This document shows, one piece after another, positions 27,666 to 40,979 of a stretch of DNA of 64,000 nucleotides (positions are counted from its first letter, which is position 1; each line of letters begins with the position of its first letter). This DNA is from Patescibacteria group bacterium. GTDB lineage: Bacteria > Patescibacteriota > Microgenomatia > UBA1400 > PJMF01. The notes beneath the pieces are model-generated. The model was not told the origin of the DNA. It saw only the letters and a list, made by a program, of their open reading frames with translations, and did not search any database. The DNA is taken from positions 12,696 through 76,695 of the forward strand of contig JBGTEY010000011.1 in the NCBI GenBank assembly GCA_041747555.1, in the 5' to 3' direction. The position numbers and the translations under genes are program-made.

Positions 27666-29672
27666 TTACGTTTGGGCGACACGAAGCACCTCTTCAATTG
27701 TTGTTACTCCGCGCAATGCCTTGATGTATCCGTCTTGTTTCATTAAACGCATACCATCTTTGAGCGCCGCATTTTCGAGATCTGCGGCGGATTTTTGCTG
27801 TAGTATCAGCCTACCAATTTCTTCAGTAACTTTCATCACCTCAAAAATACCAATTCGGCCTTTGTATTCTGGCTGATCATTAGGGCGATTTTGACTCGGC
27901 CTAAAGAGCGTAATGTCCTCTGGTTTTTTTCCTTCTTGTTTACAGTAATTTTCAAAATGAGGCCCCAAAACGTTGATAATATCCTCAAGTACCGCAGGAT
28001 CTGGCTTATATTCTTCTTTAAAATCAGGATGCAGCTGTCTGACGACACGTTGTGCAGCAACCATAGTCATCGAAGAAGCAAGCAAAAATGGCTCTGCACC
28101 CATATCAAGGAGCCGAGGAAGCGCTCCCGCTGCAGAAGAGGTATGAAGCGTGGAGAAGACCAAATGACCAGTCAGGGCTGCTTGAATTGCCAACTCGGCA
28201 GTTTCACTATCACGAATCTCTCCTACCATAATAATATTAGGATCTTGACGTAAAAATGACCGCAGTCCAGAAGCAAAGGTTAAACCCGCTTGGGGATTAA
28301 TCTGTACTTGATTGATGCCAGGCATCTGATACTCGACAGGATCTTCAAGTGTCATAATATTAACCTTGGGCGTATTGATCTGGTGGAGGATTGAGTAGAG
28401 AGTGGTGGTTTTACCTGAGCCAGTCGGTCCTGTCACCAGCACAATTCCATGTGGAACGTGAATAGCGTCATTGACGTTCTTGAGTGCGAGTCCATCCATT
28501 CCAAGGTCTTTGATGGCAGGCACCTTTTCATCTTTTCTCAACAACCGCATCACAATTTTCTCGTTATGAATGGTTGGCAGCGTAGAAACACGAAGGTCAA
28601 CATCTTGATCATCACCGCTGTATGAGAACCGCCCATCTTGAGGCAAACGCTTCTCATCAATTTTCAGACCAGACATAATTTTAATTCTAGAAACAACTGC
28701 ATCGTGCACAGATCTGGGTAGGATTAGTTTTTCGCTTAAAATACCATCAATACGATACCGTACTCGAGTACGACTTTCTTGAGGTTCGATGTGAATGTCT
28801 GATGCGCGTGCTTTGATGGCAAAGGACAACACCGTCTGGACAATCTTAGTAATGGGCGCTTCTCGTATTGTCTCACCAGAAAGCGCCGAAAAATCTTCTT
28901 TTTTAGCCTTATCTTGCGCAACTTGACTTGTTTGCTCAAGGGCAGCTGATACTTCACTTGAGAGCGTTTGGGAATAGTGTGCAGCGATTGCCTGATCTAT
29001 TTCCGATGGGGTTGCATAAGTAGCTACAACCCTAAGTCCAGTTTTTTGTTTCGCAAATTCAATTGCGCTCAAATCGAGTGGATCCTCCATTGCAACCGTC
29101 AGCACGCCTTCATTTTTGTTGTAGGAAAGTGGAAGCATTCTATAGTTGCGCGCGACACTCTCAGGAAGCTGCGATAGAGCTTGTGGATCGGTTCCAGTCT
29201 CAGATATTTTTGTAAACCCAACATTATTAAGCAGCGCCTTTGCTTGATAGAGTTGCTCCTCGGTTACAATATCTTTTTCTTTAAGGAGAAGATCAATGGG
29301 CTTGTTTTCACTAATGTGTTGAAGTTTAAGTTGATTATGCTGTTCAGCCGTGATCGTCCCATTTGCCAGTAAAACATCAAGGAGTGATTGTTTCATTCCT
29401 GTGGCACCAGGAATTAGACTGGGTGTGGCGACGGGTGGAGGCGGAGGTGGAGCAGATTGGGCAACTTCTGGCGGTGATTCTGGCTCAATTACAGTGACTA
29501 GTGGACTTGGCTCAATTGTTGGAGAACTTGGGGTAGCTTGCGATTGATCTGGTGGTTGAGGAGGCACACCAGATGCCATCGTCGATTCACCTGCAGGGTT
29601 CGCGGGAACACCAGAGGACGTCGAAGACGATCCAGATTGCGCACTAACTGGCTGCTGGGCAGGAATGTCCAT
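27666..29672 (-). CDS. pilB: Extension ATPase PilB/GspE with Pro-rich N-terminal extension
   Basis: ASDIHIEP, RLPQDG, GPTGSGKTT, LRQDP, STLHT. Confidence 0.95.
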   Translation of the reverse strand: MDIPAQQPVSAQSGSSSTSSGVPANPAGESTMASGVPPQPPDQSQATPSSPTIEPSPLVTVIEPESPPEVAQSAPPPPPPVATPSLIPGATGMKQSLLDVLLANGTITAEQHNQLKLQHISENKPIDLLLKEKDIVTEEQLYQAKALLNNVGFTKISETGTDPQALSQLPESVARNYRMLPLSYNKNEGVLTVAMEDPLDLSAIEFAKQKTGLRVVATYATPSEIDQAIAAHYSQTLSSEVSAALEQTSQVAQDKAKKEDFSALSGETIREAPITKIVQTVLSFAIKARASDIHIEPQESRTRVRYRIDGILSEKLILPRSVHDAVVSRIKIMSGLKIDEKRLPQDGRFSYSGDDQDVDLRVSTLPTIHNEKIVMRLLRKDEKVPAIKDLGMDGLALKNVNDAIHVPHGIVLVTGPTGSGKTTTLYSILHQINTPKVNIMTLEDPVEYQMPGINQVQINPQAGLTFASGLRSFLRQDPNIIMVGEIRDSETAELAIQAALTGHLVFSTLHTSSAAGALPRLLDMGAEPFLLASSMTMVAAQRVVRQLHPDFKEEYKPDPAVLEDIINVLGPHFENYCKQEGKKPEDITLFRPSQNRPNDQPEYKGRIGIFEVMKVTEEIGRLILQQKSAADLENAALKDGMRLMKQDGYIKALRGVTTIEEVLRVAQT

Positions 29673-29739
29673 ATTCTTATATTTTCACGGTATACTACGT
29701 GCTGAGCTTTACTATAGTCTAAAGACTGAACAAGGACAA

Positions 29740-30483
29740 ATGGCAACTACCCCAGAAAAGAGCACCAAACCGGCGCAATACCAACAATTTTGGCAACCAC
29801 TCTTGCTGATTATGCCATCTGGATGTGATCACAGATCAGCTGCTAATGCATTCCTTACTTCAAATACACTCGCAAAAACAATTTCGCTACAAACACCACA
29901 AAGCACCCAGCATTGGATCAATGATTCCGAGACCAAACTCACCATCGAACACGTACGCACACTTCAAAAACAACTCTCATACGGATATGCAGCCCATGAA
30001 CCTCAGCTGTTTTTTGTACACCAACTAGAAAATGCCTCACACGCTGCCCAAAACGCGTTATTAAAGCTTCTCGAAGAACCACCGGAATACATTCAGATTA
30101 TTGTCACCACCGAACAACCAGAAATGATACTTCCAACCATACATTCACGTTGTTTGAGTCTGTCAATAATGGGAGAAAGTGATTCGATACAAACCGATAG
30201 GGGAGCCGCTTTCTATACCAGTGCTAAAGCAGCAAAAAATTACGGTGAACTTATTACAGTAGCTGAAACACTCTCAGACCGCGATGACGCTATAACTGTA
30301 CTTCAGCAAGTGGTACACTACCTCTACAGTGAAAAAATAGCAGGCAAGAGTGATGTTGCACTCCAGTTGATACAGTTTGTTCAATTACTTTTGATGACAG
30401 TGCGTGATATTCGCCAAAACAGCAACGTCAAGCTCGCCATTGAGCATTTGTTGTTTATAGCAAGACGATCAAAGTATATCTAA
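29740..30483 (+). CDS. holB: DNA polymerase III delta-prime-like subunit
   Basis: AQNALLKLLEEPP; LPTIHSRC. Confidence 0.8.
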   Translation: MATTPEKSTKPAQYQQFWQPLLLIMPSGCDHRSAANAFLTSNTLAKTISLQTPQSTQHWINDSETKLTIEHVRTLQKQLSYGYAAHEPQLFFVHQLENASHAAQNALLKLLEEPPEYIQIIVTTEQPEMILPTIHSRCLSLSIMGESDSIQTDRGAAFYTSAKAAKNYGELITVAETLSDRDDAITVLQQVVHYLYSEKIAGKSDVALQLIQFVQLLLMTVRDIRQNSNVKLAIEHLLFIARRSKYI

Positions 30484-30534
30484 CTATATCAAATATTATA
30501 CCTATACATCAACACTTTTTGAAAGATGCCCAAT

Positions 30535-30561
30535 TTAGCAGTCAAATTATCACTCTGCTAA
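30535..30561. promoter_or_regulatory. CIRCE-like inverted repeat upstream of gyrB
   Basis: TTAGCAGTC-N9-CTCTGCTAA versus CIRCE TTAGCACTC-N9-GAGTGCTAA. Confidence 0.5.
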
Positions 30562-30590
30562 TTGGTCTGTAAAGCAATAGAGAAGAGTAG

Positions 30591-32654
<2,064 letters not shown>

Positions 32655-32658
32655 ATTT

Positions 32659-33603
32659 ATGTCAAAAACATACATCATCGGCCATACCAAACCAGACACA
32701 GACGCAGTTGTAGCAGCGATGGCTCTCGAGTATCTGTACAAAAAAGAAGAATGCTTTTGTCATCCAGATGCAGAGGCGGTAATTGCAGATCCACTCAATC
32801 CAGAAACAGAATTTTTGTTTAAAAAATTTAGCGTATCCAGCCCTCGATTAATTACTGCAGATGATATTGCTCCCGGTGACAAAATCGTACTTGTCGACCA
32901 CAACGAAGCCTCACAACGTCTCGAGGGAATTTCAGAGGATCAAATTGCAGAAGTTCTCGATCACCACAAGGTAAATCTCAACCTCAGTCAACCAATTTTC
33001 ATGACCTTCAAGGCATGGGGTTCCAGCTCCACTATTGCTTACTACTTGATGAAACAACAAAATCTTACACCCGATAAAACCTTAGCAAGTCTGTTATTGG
33101 CAGCCATTTTGTCAGACACAGTTGGGTACAAGTCCGCTACCACGACCCAAAAAGACAAAGACTTAGGTGCAGAACTCGCAGACCTGGCCGAAATTTCTGA
33201 CGTTGATGCCTTCACCTTAGAAATTTTCAAGGCAAAATCAAACGTTTCTGATCTCTCAGACGAACAAATTGTCAAAAATGACTACAAAATCTTTGAATTT
33301 GGCAAAAAAACCATGATCGATCAGCTCGAAACGGTAGAGCAGACCGAAATTTTGCAAAATAAGAAGCAAGATTTACTCACCGCTATGCAAAAAGTCAAAG
33401 ATGAGCTCCAGGTTGAACTACTTTTTGTGGCAATTACCGATATTTTAAACGTAAATACCAAAGTTTTAATCCTCTCAGACGCAGAAAGAACAGTCGCAGA
33501 GGCAGCATTTGGCGGCACCACTCAGGATAATGTCCTCGATATAGGGGCTAAAATGTCAAGAAAAAAGGAAATCGCACCCGCTATAGAGAAAGCGTTAGCG
33601 TAA
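32659..33603 (+). CDS. ppaC: Mn-dependent inorganic pyrophosphatase (family II, DHH)
   Basis: [26 protein letters not shown]. Confidence 0.93.
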   Translation: MSKTYIIGHTKPDTDAVVAAMALEYLYKKEECFCHPDAEAVIADPLNPETEFLFKKFSVSSPRLITADDIAPGDKIVLVDHNEASQRLEGISEDQIAEVLDHHKVNLNLSQPIFMTFKAWGSSSTIAYYLMKQQNLTPDKTLASLLLAAILSDTVGYKSATTTQKDKDLGAELADLAEISDVDAFTLEIFKAKSNVSDLSDEQIVKNDYKIFEFGKKTMIDQLETVEQTEILQNKKQDLLTAMQKVKDELQVELLFVAITDILNVNTKVLILSDAERTVAEAAFGGTTQDNVLDIGAKMSRKKEIAPAIEKALA

Positions 33604-33616
33604 ACAGGACCACACC

Positions 33617-36358
33617 ATGAATGAAGAAGAGCAAGTAACGCCAGAAGAAACCAAAGAAGACACCCGCAGTGAGGCGCAACTCGAGGCGATTTCTAAACTT
33701 GGCACAATAGAAGAAACCCGCTACGGCAAACTCAAATACATCTCAATTCGATCAGAGATGGAAAAGAGCTACCTCGACTACGCCATGAGTGTTATCGTTT
33801 CTCGTGCGTTACCAGACGTCAGAGACGGATTAAAGCCCGTACATCGCAGAATTTTATATTCGATGTACAAGTCTGGCATTCACCATACGAGTTCTTACAA
33901 AAAATCCGCTCGTATTGTTGGAGATGTGCTCGGAAAGTATCACCCACACGGTGACTCACCCGTGTATATGGCATTAGTACGTCTGGCACAAGACTTTAGC
34001 ATGCGATATTTGCTGGTTGATGGTCAGGGTAACTTTGGCTCTGTAGATGGTGATAGCCCAGCCGCCATGCGGTACACCGAAGCTCGATTGGGCAAAATTA
34101 CTCGAGAACTACTCTTAGATATTGATAAAGACACCGTCCCTTTTGTTGATAACTTTGATGGCAGTTTGCAAGAACCTACTGTTCTGCCAGGTAAATTACC
34201 CAATCTACTCCTGATGGGTGCAGAAGGTATCGCTGTTGGAATGGCAACCAAGATCCCACCACATAACTTGACAGAGGTATGTACCGCAATTATTCATGTG
34301 ATTAAAGCTGGGACAGCGACAACTCCAGATGATTTCATCATTCCCAGCAGCACCAAGAAGAAGGATGCCGACCTGGATTCTAAGCTCGTTGATGAGTTCA
34401 TTCTCGCAGACCCAAAATCATTAGCCGGCATTTTCAAGACCGATAGTACGGTTGACGACATTATGGAATTCATAAATGGTCCAGATTTCCCAACCGGCGG
34501 TATTATTTATGATTTTGACGCTATTACCGAGGGCTATCGCACCGGGAAGGGCAGAGTCGTTATCCGCTCAAAGGCCAAAATTGAGGAATCCAAAAAAGGT
34601 GGTTTCCAGATTATCGTTACAGAATTGCCATATCAAGTAAATAAATCAAGATTACTTCAAAAAATCGCTCAGCTTGTACGGGATAAGAAATTGGTCGGTA
34701 TTCGTGACCTCAATGACGACTCAGACAGAAATGGACTCCAAATCACGATCGACCTCAAGCGAGACGCCAAACCCAAAGTCGTTCTCAACAAGCTATTTAA
34801 GTACACCGACCTCCAAACCAGTTTTTCAATGAACATGGTTGCACTCAATTCCGATGGCACGCCACAACTCATGAATGTCAGACAGATTTTGATCGAGTTT
34901 ATTGCTCACCGCCAGTTAATGATCGTCCGCAGAAGTCAAAATAAGCTTAGTTCAGCTCGAGATCGTGCACATATTTTAGAGGGCCTCAGAATTGCACTCA
35001 AAAATCTCGATGACGTGATCGAAACAATTCGACGCTCACCAGATACCGACACCGCACGCACTTCGCTCATGAAAAAATTTGGCCTCAGTGAAATTCAGGC
35101 AACGGCAATCCTTGAAATGCAACTCAAACGCCTTGCCGCCCTCGAGAGACAGAAAATTGAAGACGAGTACAAAGAAGTCAAAGAAACCATAGAAGGCCTT
35201 CTCGAACTCCTCAGCAATCCAGAGGCTGTCCTCAAGGTCGTTGCCGATGAAACCGATGAATTAATCGCCCAGTACGGAGACGAACGTCGCTCCAAACTCA
35301 TTAAAGGCAAGGTCGGAGAATTCAGCGAAGAAGACCTTGTGCCAAATGAAGAAGCATTCATCACTCTCACCGAAAGTGGCTATGTCAAACGCATGAACCC
35401 ATCGTCATTCCGCTCACAATCCAGAGGTGGAAAAGGTAGTCGTGGGCTGACTATGAAGGCAGAAGACATGGTTAAATCACTACTTTCAGTCCAAACACAT
35501 GATACATTGCTTGTGTTCACCAATGAGGGTAAAGTATTCAAACTCAAAGCATACGAAATTCCAGAATCGCAACGTCAAGCCAAGGGTACTGCAATTGTCA
35601 ATTTGATAAATCTTAACCAAAACGAGCGTGTCCAGTCAATTTTGGTTATTGATGAAAAGAAAGACCAAGATAAATTTATTACACTCGTTACATCCAAAGG
35701 TTTAGTCAAGAAAACTGCAGTCACACTCTACAGCAACATCCGCCAAAACGGCATCATTGCCATCAGCCTCAACAATGGCGACGAACTCGTCGATGGGGAA
35801 CTCACCCATGGTGAAGACGAGTTGATGATGATCACACACTCGGGTAAATCAATTCGATTTTCAGAAGAAGAGGTTAAATCATCTAACAGAGATACCAAGG
35901 GTGTGAAGGGCATGACCCTCAGAAAAGAGGACTATGTTGTTTCGTTTGAGGTCCTCCGACCTGTTGAAGATCTTGATAAATCACAAGAAAAAAATCGACA
36001 GTTGCTAGTCATCACCGAAAACGGTCTCGGCAAACGAACCAAACTAACCCAATACCCAAGTCAAAAACGATCTGGAATTGGCGTTAAAGTTGCAGACATT
36101 ACTAAGCGAACCGGTCCAGTCGCTGCAGCACTCAAAGTAGATATTGAGGAGCACAGCGAAGTTGTGATTACGTCCAAAGAAGGTCAGACCATTAAATTAC
36201 CACTTACCAAAAAATCTATCCCTATCCTCACCAGACCAACTCAAGGCGTCATCCTGATGCGTCTCAAGAAGGGTGATACTGTTTCTGCAGTTGCACTGAC
36301 ATTCAAAAAGGTTGAAGGTGATGAAGGAAATGATAGCGACGTAGCTGACGAATCGTAA
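33617..36358 (+). CDS. gyrA: DNA gyrase subunit A
   Basis: [23 protein letters not shown], GyrA-box QSRGGKG, beta-pinwheel repeats. Confidence 0.97.
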   Translation: MNEEEQVTPEETKEDTRSEAQLEAISKLGTIEETRYGKLKYISIRSEMEKSYLDYAMSVIVSRALPDVRDGLKPVHRRILYSMYKSGIHHTSSYKKSARIVGDVLGKYHPHGDSPVYMALVRLAQDFSMRYLLVDGQGNFGSVDGDSPAAMRYTEARLGKITRELLLDIDKDTVPFVDNFDGSLQEPTVLPGKLPNLLLMGAEGIAVGMATKIPPHNLTEVCTAIIHVIKAGTATTPDDFIIPSSTKKKDADLDSKLVDEFILADPKSLAGIFKTDSTVDDIMEFINGPDFPTGGIIYDFDAITEGYRTGKGRVVIRSKAKIEESKKGGFQIIVTELPYQVNKSRLLQKIAQLVRDKKLVGIRDLNDDSDRNGLQITIDLKRDAKPKVVLNKLFKYTDLQTSFSMNMVALNSDGTPQLMNVRQILIEFIAHRQLMIVRRSQNKLSSARDRAHILEGLRIALKNLDDVIETIRRSPDTDTARTSLMKKFGLSEIQATAILEMQLKRLAALERQKIEDEYKEVKETIEGLLELLSNPEAVLKVVADETDELIAQYGDERRSKLIKGKVGEFSEEDLVPNEEAFITLTESGYVKRMNPSSFRSQSRGGKGSRGLTMKAEDMVKSLLSVQTHDTLLVFTNEGKVFKLKAYEIPESQRQAKGTAIVNLINLNQNERVQSILVIDEKKDQDKFITLVTSKGLVKKTAVTLYSNIRQNGIIAISLNNGDELVDGELTHGEDELMMITHSGKSIRFSEEEVKSSNRDTKGVKGMTLRKEDYVVSFEVLRPVEDLDKSQEKNRQLLVITENGLGKRTKLTQYPSQKRSGIGVKVADITKRTGPVAAALKVDIEEHSEVVITSKEGQTIKLPLTKKSIPILTRPTQGVILMRLKKGDTVSAVALTFKKVEGDEGNDSDVADES

Positions 36359-36413
36359 TCAGAATCAAAATGTCATTTTGACACTACTGAAATCTTTCAA
36401 ACGTATTTTTTTG

Positions 36414-36487
36414 TGGACCTGAGGGGATTCGAACCCCTGACCTTCTGTATGCCATACAGACGCGCTAACCAACTGCGCCACAGGCCC
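36414..36487 (-). tRNA. tRNA-Ala(GGC)
   Basis: GGGCCTG/CAGGTCC acceptor stem with G3:U70; TCTGT-ATGGCAT-ACAGA anticodon arm; GGTTCGAATCC; CCA not encoded. Confidence 0.95.
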
Positions 36488-36535
36488 ATCTCAAGATTTC
36501 AATTATAGCACGAGCATGTGCATTAAAAAGTCCGC

Positions 36536-37471
36536 CTAAAAATCTGAATGGTGTTTTTCATGCACTTTCCTCAGTTGAGGGCGGGTAACATGGGTATAAA
36601 TTTGGGTTGTGGCAATGTTTTTGTGCCCAAGCATCTCTTGGACATCCCTGAGACCTGCACCATTTGACAATAAATCAGTAGCAAAACTATGTCGCAAGCC
36701 ATGCGGGCTAATTTTGATCGGCAACTGCGCCTGGCGACAGTATTTATCTAGGATTCGCTGAACACTCCGTGATGTGAGCCGCATTTGCTCTCCATCGGTG
36801 GTAATTGGAGGTCTTTTACCAGAAAACCGCACAAAAACTGGTCTCCACTTATCATCACGCCGATCAAGCCATCTAGCAAGCCAATCTGCCGCGCGATGAC
36901 TCAAGAACACTACTCGTGGTCTGCGACCTTTACCGATCACGCCAAACTCTCGTTTTTCTAGGTCTATTTGGTCTCTGTTGAGTTTTACTAACTCACTCAC
37001 GCGGAGGCCAGTAGAGAAGAGGACTTCCAAAATCGCCCGGTCGCGGAAACCTGCCGGATTCGATAATTCTGGTTGTGCGAGCAATTTTTCTACCTTATCG
37101 CGATTTAAAAACTTCATGTGTTGGGAATCTGCTTTGGGGAGATCAATTTTTTCGGGGTGGAGAACTGGCTTGTCGTTTTTCACCAGCCATTTTAGGAATG
37201 AGCGAAGCGAAATAACGTAGTAGCTCTGAGTTTTTTTGGCTAAGGTACCACCTTTACCGTCTGGCTCTCTTGATAAAAAGAGTCTATACTCGCGCACGAG
37301 ATCCTGATTAAGATCTTTTATGTCGTCGTGACCTTGTTCATGAAACCAAGCAATAAATTTTCGCAAATATTGCCCATAATTTCTAATGGTAAGCTTGCTG
37401 ACATTACGTTCAACCTCAAGATGCTCTAGAAATTTAATGAGTGCTGGCTGCGCGGAGGTAGTGAGAGACAT
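36536..37471 (-). CDS. Xer-family tyrosine recombinase (XerC/D/A-like)
   Basis: SAM-like N-terminus; TGLRVSEL, GKG, PHGLRHSFAT, LGH, TTQIYTH. Confidence 0.93.
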   Translation of the reverse strand: MSLTTSAQPALIKFLEHLEVERNVSKLTIRNYGQYLRKFIAWFHEQGHDDIKDLNQDLVREYRLFLSREPDGKGGTLAKKTQSYYVISLRSFLKWLVKNDKPVLHPEKIDLPKADSQHMKFLNRDKVEKLLAQPELSNPAGFRDRAILEVLFSTGLRVSELVKLNRDQIDLEKREFGVIGKGRRPRVVFLSHRAADWLARWLDRRDDKWRPVFVRFSGKRPPITTDGEQMRLTSRSVQRILDKYCRQAQLPIKISPHGLRHSFATDLLSNGAGLRDVQEMLGHKNIATTQIYTHVTRPQLRKVHEKHHSDF

Positions 37472-37493
37472 GAATGCAAAAGACTATAAGCTT

Positions 37494-37520
37494 TTAGCAG
37501 TCAAAGTAATCTTCTGCTAA
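37494..37520. promoter_or_regulatory. CIRCE-like inverted repeat upstream of xer
   Basis: TTAGCAGTC-N9-TTCTGCTAA, nearly identical to the copy at 30535. Confidence 0.5.
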
Positions 37521-37715
37521 AATTGATGCATATCACTTTTGCTTGATGTATCAAGCAGAAAAATGACATACTTTGATCAGTTCGTATGTAACCAATACAG
37601 ACACTGATCTATTTAATCGGTCGTTGGTATAGATACTGTTGTATCGTATTTTTTTATGTTTAGCAAGGTGCTGTTTTATCACCGTGTACGGAGATAATAC
37701 AAAAGATGCCGTGAC

Positions 37716-39788
37716 TTAATTCTTAAGGTGCTCTGGAAATCTCAACTTACTAGAAAATAAAATATTCTTTTTTAAATTGGTAACAATAGGTGCAGGCAAA
37801 GGCAAGTGTGCGTCAAACAGCGCCTGAAAAATACTTACAACTCTATCGCGCAATTGTTCATTCTTATTCATACTTACTATCGCGTCAGTGTTGCAGAGCC
37901 GCATCAAGCCTGAAAACTTTTCACAGTCCGCCGCAATAATACTTTTCTCCATAGCCACAATTAGATATTCAATCGGCATATATGTAACGCAGTACGCAAC
38001 GAACTTTTCATAGTGCTCTAACTGCGAACAGTACTCCTGACCAGCTTCTAGAATGTTAAAAACTAGCGTTGAATACGTCTGAATACTGTTTGTACTGCGC
38101 ATAAATTGTGCGATTTCGAGCATCTCTTGATCAGTTGCAAATTTTAAGAAGTCAGCAATTAAACCAAGTGTTGTTTCAATTTGATCTGCTGAGCCGAGCT
38201 CTCTCAAATCAGCGAAAGCAGCCTTTAATCGAACCGTTGTTTTGTGATCATCTACCTGTTTCACTTGCAAGTACTGAGTAAGTCCGGGAAATGTCTCAGT
38301 AGCAAAGTGAGCTTTAATTGTTTCTCGATTTCTTGTATTCACCAATTCAAGTAGTTCTAGTATCTGTGATGATGGATAGACTTCTGTAACCCTGACTAAG
38401 GTAGCTTGTAGATCCGAATCTAAGAAGATTGTCATGACCGCATCTATAAGATCTGGTTTTTTATCGACTATGATCTCAACGAGCAAGCCAAACTGCGCCA
38501 GTGAGAATGATCTAAATGCTTTTTCAAGGAGACTCGAACCATGTTCTCCAACTCTCACCAGCATATCGGTGTCAAATGCCAGAACAAATGCCGCTAATTG
38601 ATACCGTTCATGGAAAGCAGACTGATCCGCAAGCATTTGATGAAGTAACGTTTCTGTCGCACTTTTATCGAGCTTCATAAGTAAGTAGTCGACAACCCGT
38701 CTATCTTTCATATCAAACCCAAACGAGTGAGAAATTTTCTGCATCAACTGCATATCCGGAACCAGTTGGGCAGAATCATCAAGGGATTTCAGATACTCTA
38801 GAACCTTTTCAACTGACAATCCGAGCGCAGGTACTTTGTCGTCATCACCAACTAAAGATAACTGAACATTTAATAGTTGTTTCACCAGTGAGAGGGCAAT
38901 TGTTGGATCATCTTGTGGTAACACATCAACTACTGATACAAAAACCTCGCTTACCGCTGGGGCAGATGGTATTCTGACATGCATATCGTACCCAAAGAGG
39001 AGGGTAGTAGCGCCGTACCTTGGATGATCGGTCACTTCTGTAGGGAGCTGCAGATACAACTCATACAATCGAATACATTCCTGAGTTTCTATTCGAAGTT
39101 CTCCGACAGCACAGCACTCAGAAATTAATTCCCGTGTGGGAAAAAGGGGATCAATCAACCAATCTGGGTTATTTTTTGAGACAGATGAGAGTATGTCAGT
39201 AGAAAAATGTCTTTGCGACAAAATTGGTAATGAACTCAAATAGAGTATGACATCAAGGCTGTTCCATAGTCTAATAAAATCTTTACATTCAAATTGAGCT
39301 CGCTCGCCACTCTCGGCTGATGAGCGCTGAAGTGCGTTTCGTGTCAGGAAATTAAAGATAAATCTGCCGTTTGCCAATCGCTGCTCATCGGTTATATTCG
39401 CCACATTTCCAACTTCAACGAGGTATTTTTTTAGGTTTGGATCACCAAGAATCTCCAGTAGCTCATATGGTGGGTCACTCTCACCAGAGAGAATTGCAGC
39501 TACGAGTATTTGAAAGTAAAGATCATAGAATTCTGTTCCAACAACCGCCTCCGCGAAAGCTGTATTGTACGAATCAGGACCGTCTTTTAAGGTTTGCTCT
39601 GCAGCGAGAAGGAGCATTTTATCAAGCATTTGAGGGGCACGATGTGAGGTTCGTCCCATTACATCGAGCAAAAGCATATAAAGCAGTTGGTCATTTGATT
39701 CGTCGCCAGCCGCAACTTCTAGTTCAATAACGATCCCATCAACTGCGCCATCGCCATCACGTTCTTTGCCAGTTGGGGAAGTGGACAT
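37716..39788 (-). CDS. Hypothetical Leu-rich, probably helical protein (690 aa)
   Basis: Long ORF with no recognised motif; TGnTATACT ends 6 nt before the ATG. Confidence 0.7.
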   Translation of the reverse strand: MSTSPTGKERDGDGAVDGIVIELEVAAGDESNDQLLYMLLLDVMGRTSHRAPQMLDKMLLLAAEQTLKDGPDSYNTAFAEAVVGTEFYDLYFQILVAAILSGESDPPYELLEILGDPNLKKYLVEVGNVANITDEQRLANGRFIFNFLTRNALQRSSAESGERAQFECKDFIRLWNSLDVILYLSSLPILSQRHFSTDILSSVSKNNPDWLIDPLFPTRELISECCAVGELRIETQECIRLYELYLQLPTEVTDHPRYGATTLLFGYDMHVRIPSAPAVSEVFVSVVDVLPQDDPTIALSLVKQLLNVQLSLVGDDDKVPALGLSVEKVLEYLKSLDDSAQLVPDMQLMQKISHSFGFDMKDRRVVDYLLMKLDKSATETLLHQMLADQSAFHERYQLAAFVLAFDTDMLVRVGEHGSSLLEKAFRSFSLAQFGLLVEIIVDKKPDLIDAVMTIFLDSDLQATLVRVTEVYPSSQILELLELVNTRNRETIKAHFATETFPGLTQYLQVKQVDDHKTTVRLKAAFADLRELGSADQIETTLGLIADFLKFATDQEMLEIAQFMRSTNSIQTYSTLVFNILEAGQEYCSQLEHYEKFVAYCVTYMPIEYLIVAMEKSIIAADCEKFSGLMRLCNTDAIVSMNKNEQLRDRVVSIFQALFDAHLPLPAPIVTNLKKNILFSSKLRFPEHLKN

Positions 39789-39854
39789 CTCGATAGTATA
39801 TCATACAGGATCATATCGAAGCCGCATCAAGTTCACCAGAGTTCAAAAATTGTT

Positions 39855-40979
39855 TCACGGAAACACTACAGATTGCTCAAACCGATTATTTGCATAATCA
39901 CTTTCAATAAGCGCAGAGTTTGGATTTAGTATATATCTAATTATGACGGCAGCACCCGGTGGTACTGGATACTGTAACCTGATATTTTGACCAGGCACAT
40001 TTTCACCATAATGATCAACGTATCCTGGAGAAAGTCCTTGGATGTGCGCTCCGCAGCCTTGATACACCGCATTCGGTGGAGCTGCACCTTGACTCAATTC
40101 AACAATTCCTGGATGAAACGGATCCATTGCAACATTTCCGTCTTGCAAACAAAAGGATGCTTTATCCACCCTCACAACCTCACCAGTTGCGGGAACAAAC
40201 ACTTCAACGGTCACAAAATTTTCAAAATGAAAATGTCCATGTGATGGATGGTGTTCAAAATTACCCGCAGGTGCCTCGTAGGCTACAACTTGTCCGGTTA
40301 ACTCGTCTTTTGCATAGAGTATTTGAGCAACCTTCATCGAAGCACCAGATCCTGAAGTTTCCAAACCAGCTGCCTGCAATCGCAGAGGTCCTGGTCCAAT
40401 ATTTGCAAATGTGGTTGGAAAGTAAAATGATAGACGGTCTTCTCCTAGTCGATACGCCGTTTCTGGGCTAGGGGAGGGGACGATGGTTAAATCAGGGTAG
40501 AGAATTGGACTCCCAGAAGTTGCAGCTTCAATTGGTTGGGTAAAAACCTGATCCAAAGGAACGGGGGAGCCATCAATATAATCAATATACGACTTATCAA
40601 GATTTGGATTCCCAGTTCCAATAGCAGTCTGCACCTCATTTGGCGTGAGTGTTGGCACATCTTGCGCTGGAGCCACCGATTCAACTATGTCAGAACTAGT
40701 ACCACCCGAGTTCTCTGGAGTCACTGTGGCAACAAAGGTCACCTGTTCCCCACCGGTATCTGTAGAATATGAGCCAGCCTCAGCTGTACAAGATATAAGT
40801 AGCAATGCAATTACGACCTGTCCGAGCGCATAGCGATACCTAACTCCTTTCATATAATCTTTAACCGCTAACTTTAGACGGTCAAACCGAGGTGAGTTGT
40901 TTTTACTTTTGACTAATTTTTCTGCATGATGCTTTTCTGATTGCAAATGGGTTTTATCGAATGATTGAATTAATGCCAT
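39855..40979 (-). CDS. Lysyl oxidase-domain putative lipoprotein (alternative start 40853)
   Basis: PDL, FANIGPGP, HHPSHGHFH, KASFCLQD, QGLSPGYVDHY, NP...IESDYANN; LLISC lipobox. Confidence 0.85.
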   Translation of the reverse strand: MALIQSFDKTHLQSEKHHAEKLVKSKNNSPRFDRLKLAVKDYMKGVRYRYALGQVVIALLLISCTAEAGSYSTDTGGEQVTFVATVTPENSGGTSSDIVESVAPAQDVPTLTPNEVQTAIGTGNPNLDKSYIDYIDGSPVPLDQVFTQPIEAATSGSPILYPDLTIVPSPSPETAYRLGEDRLSFYFPTTFANIGPGPLRLQAAGLETSGSGASMKVAQILYAKDELTGQVVAYEAPAGNFEHHPSHGHFHFENFVTVEVFVPATGEVVRVDKASFCLQDGNVAMDPFHPGIVELSQGAAPPNAVYQGCGAHIQGLSPGYVDHYGENVPGQNIRLQYPVPPGAAVIIRYILNPNSALIESDYANNRFEQSVVFP

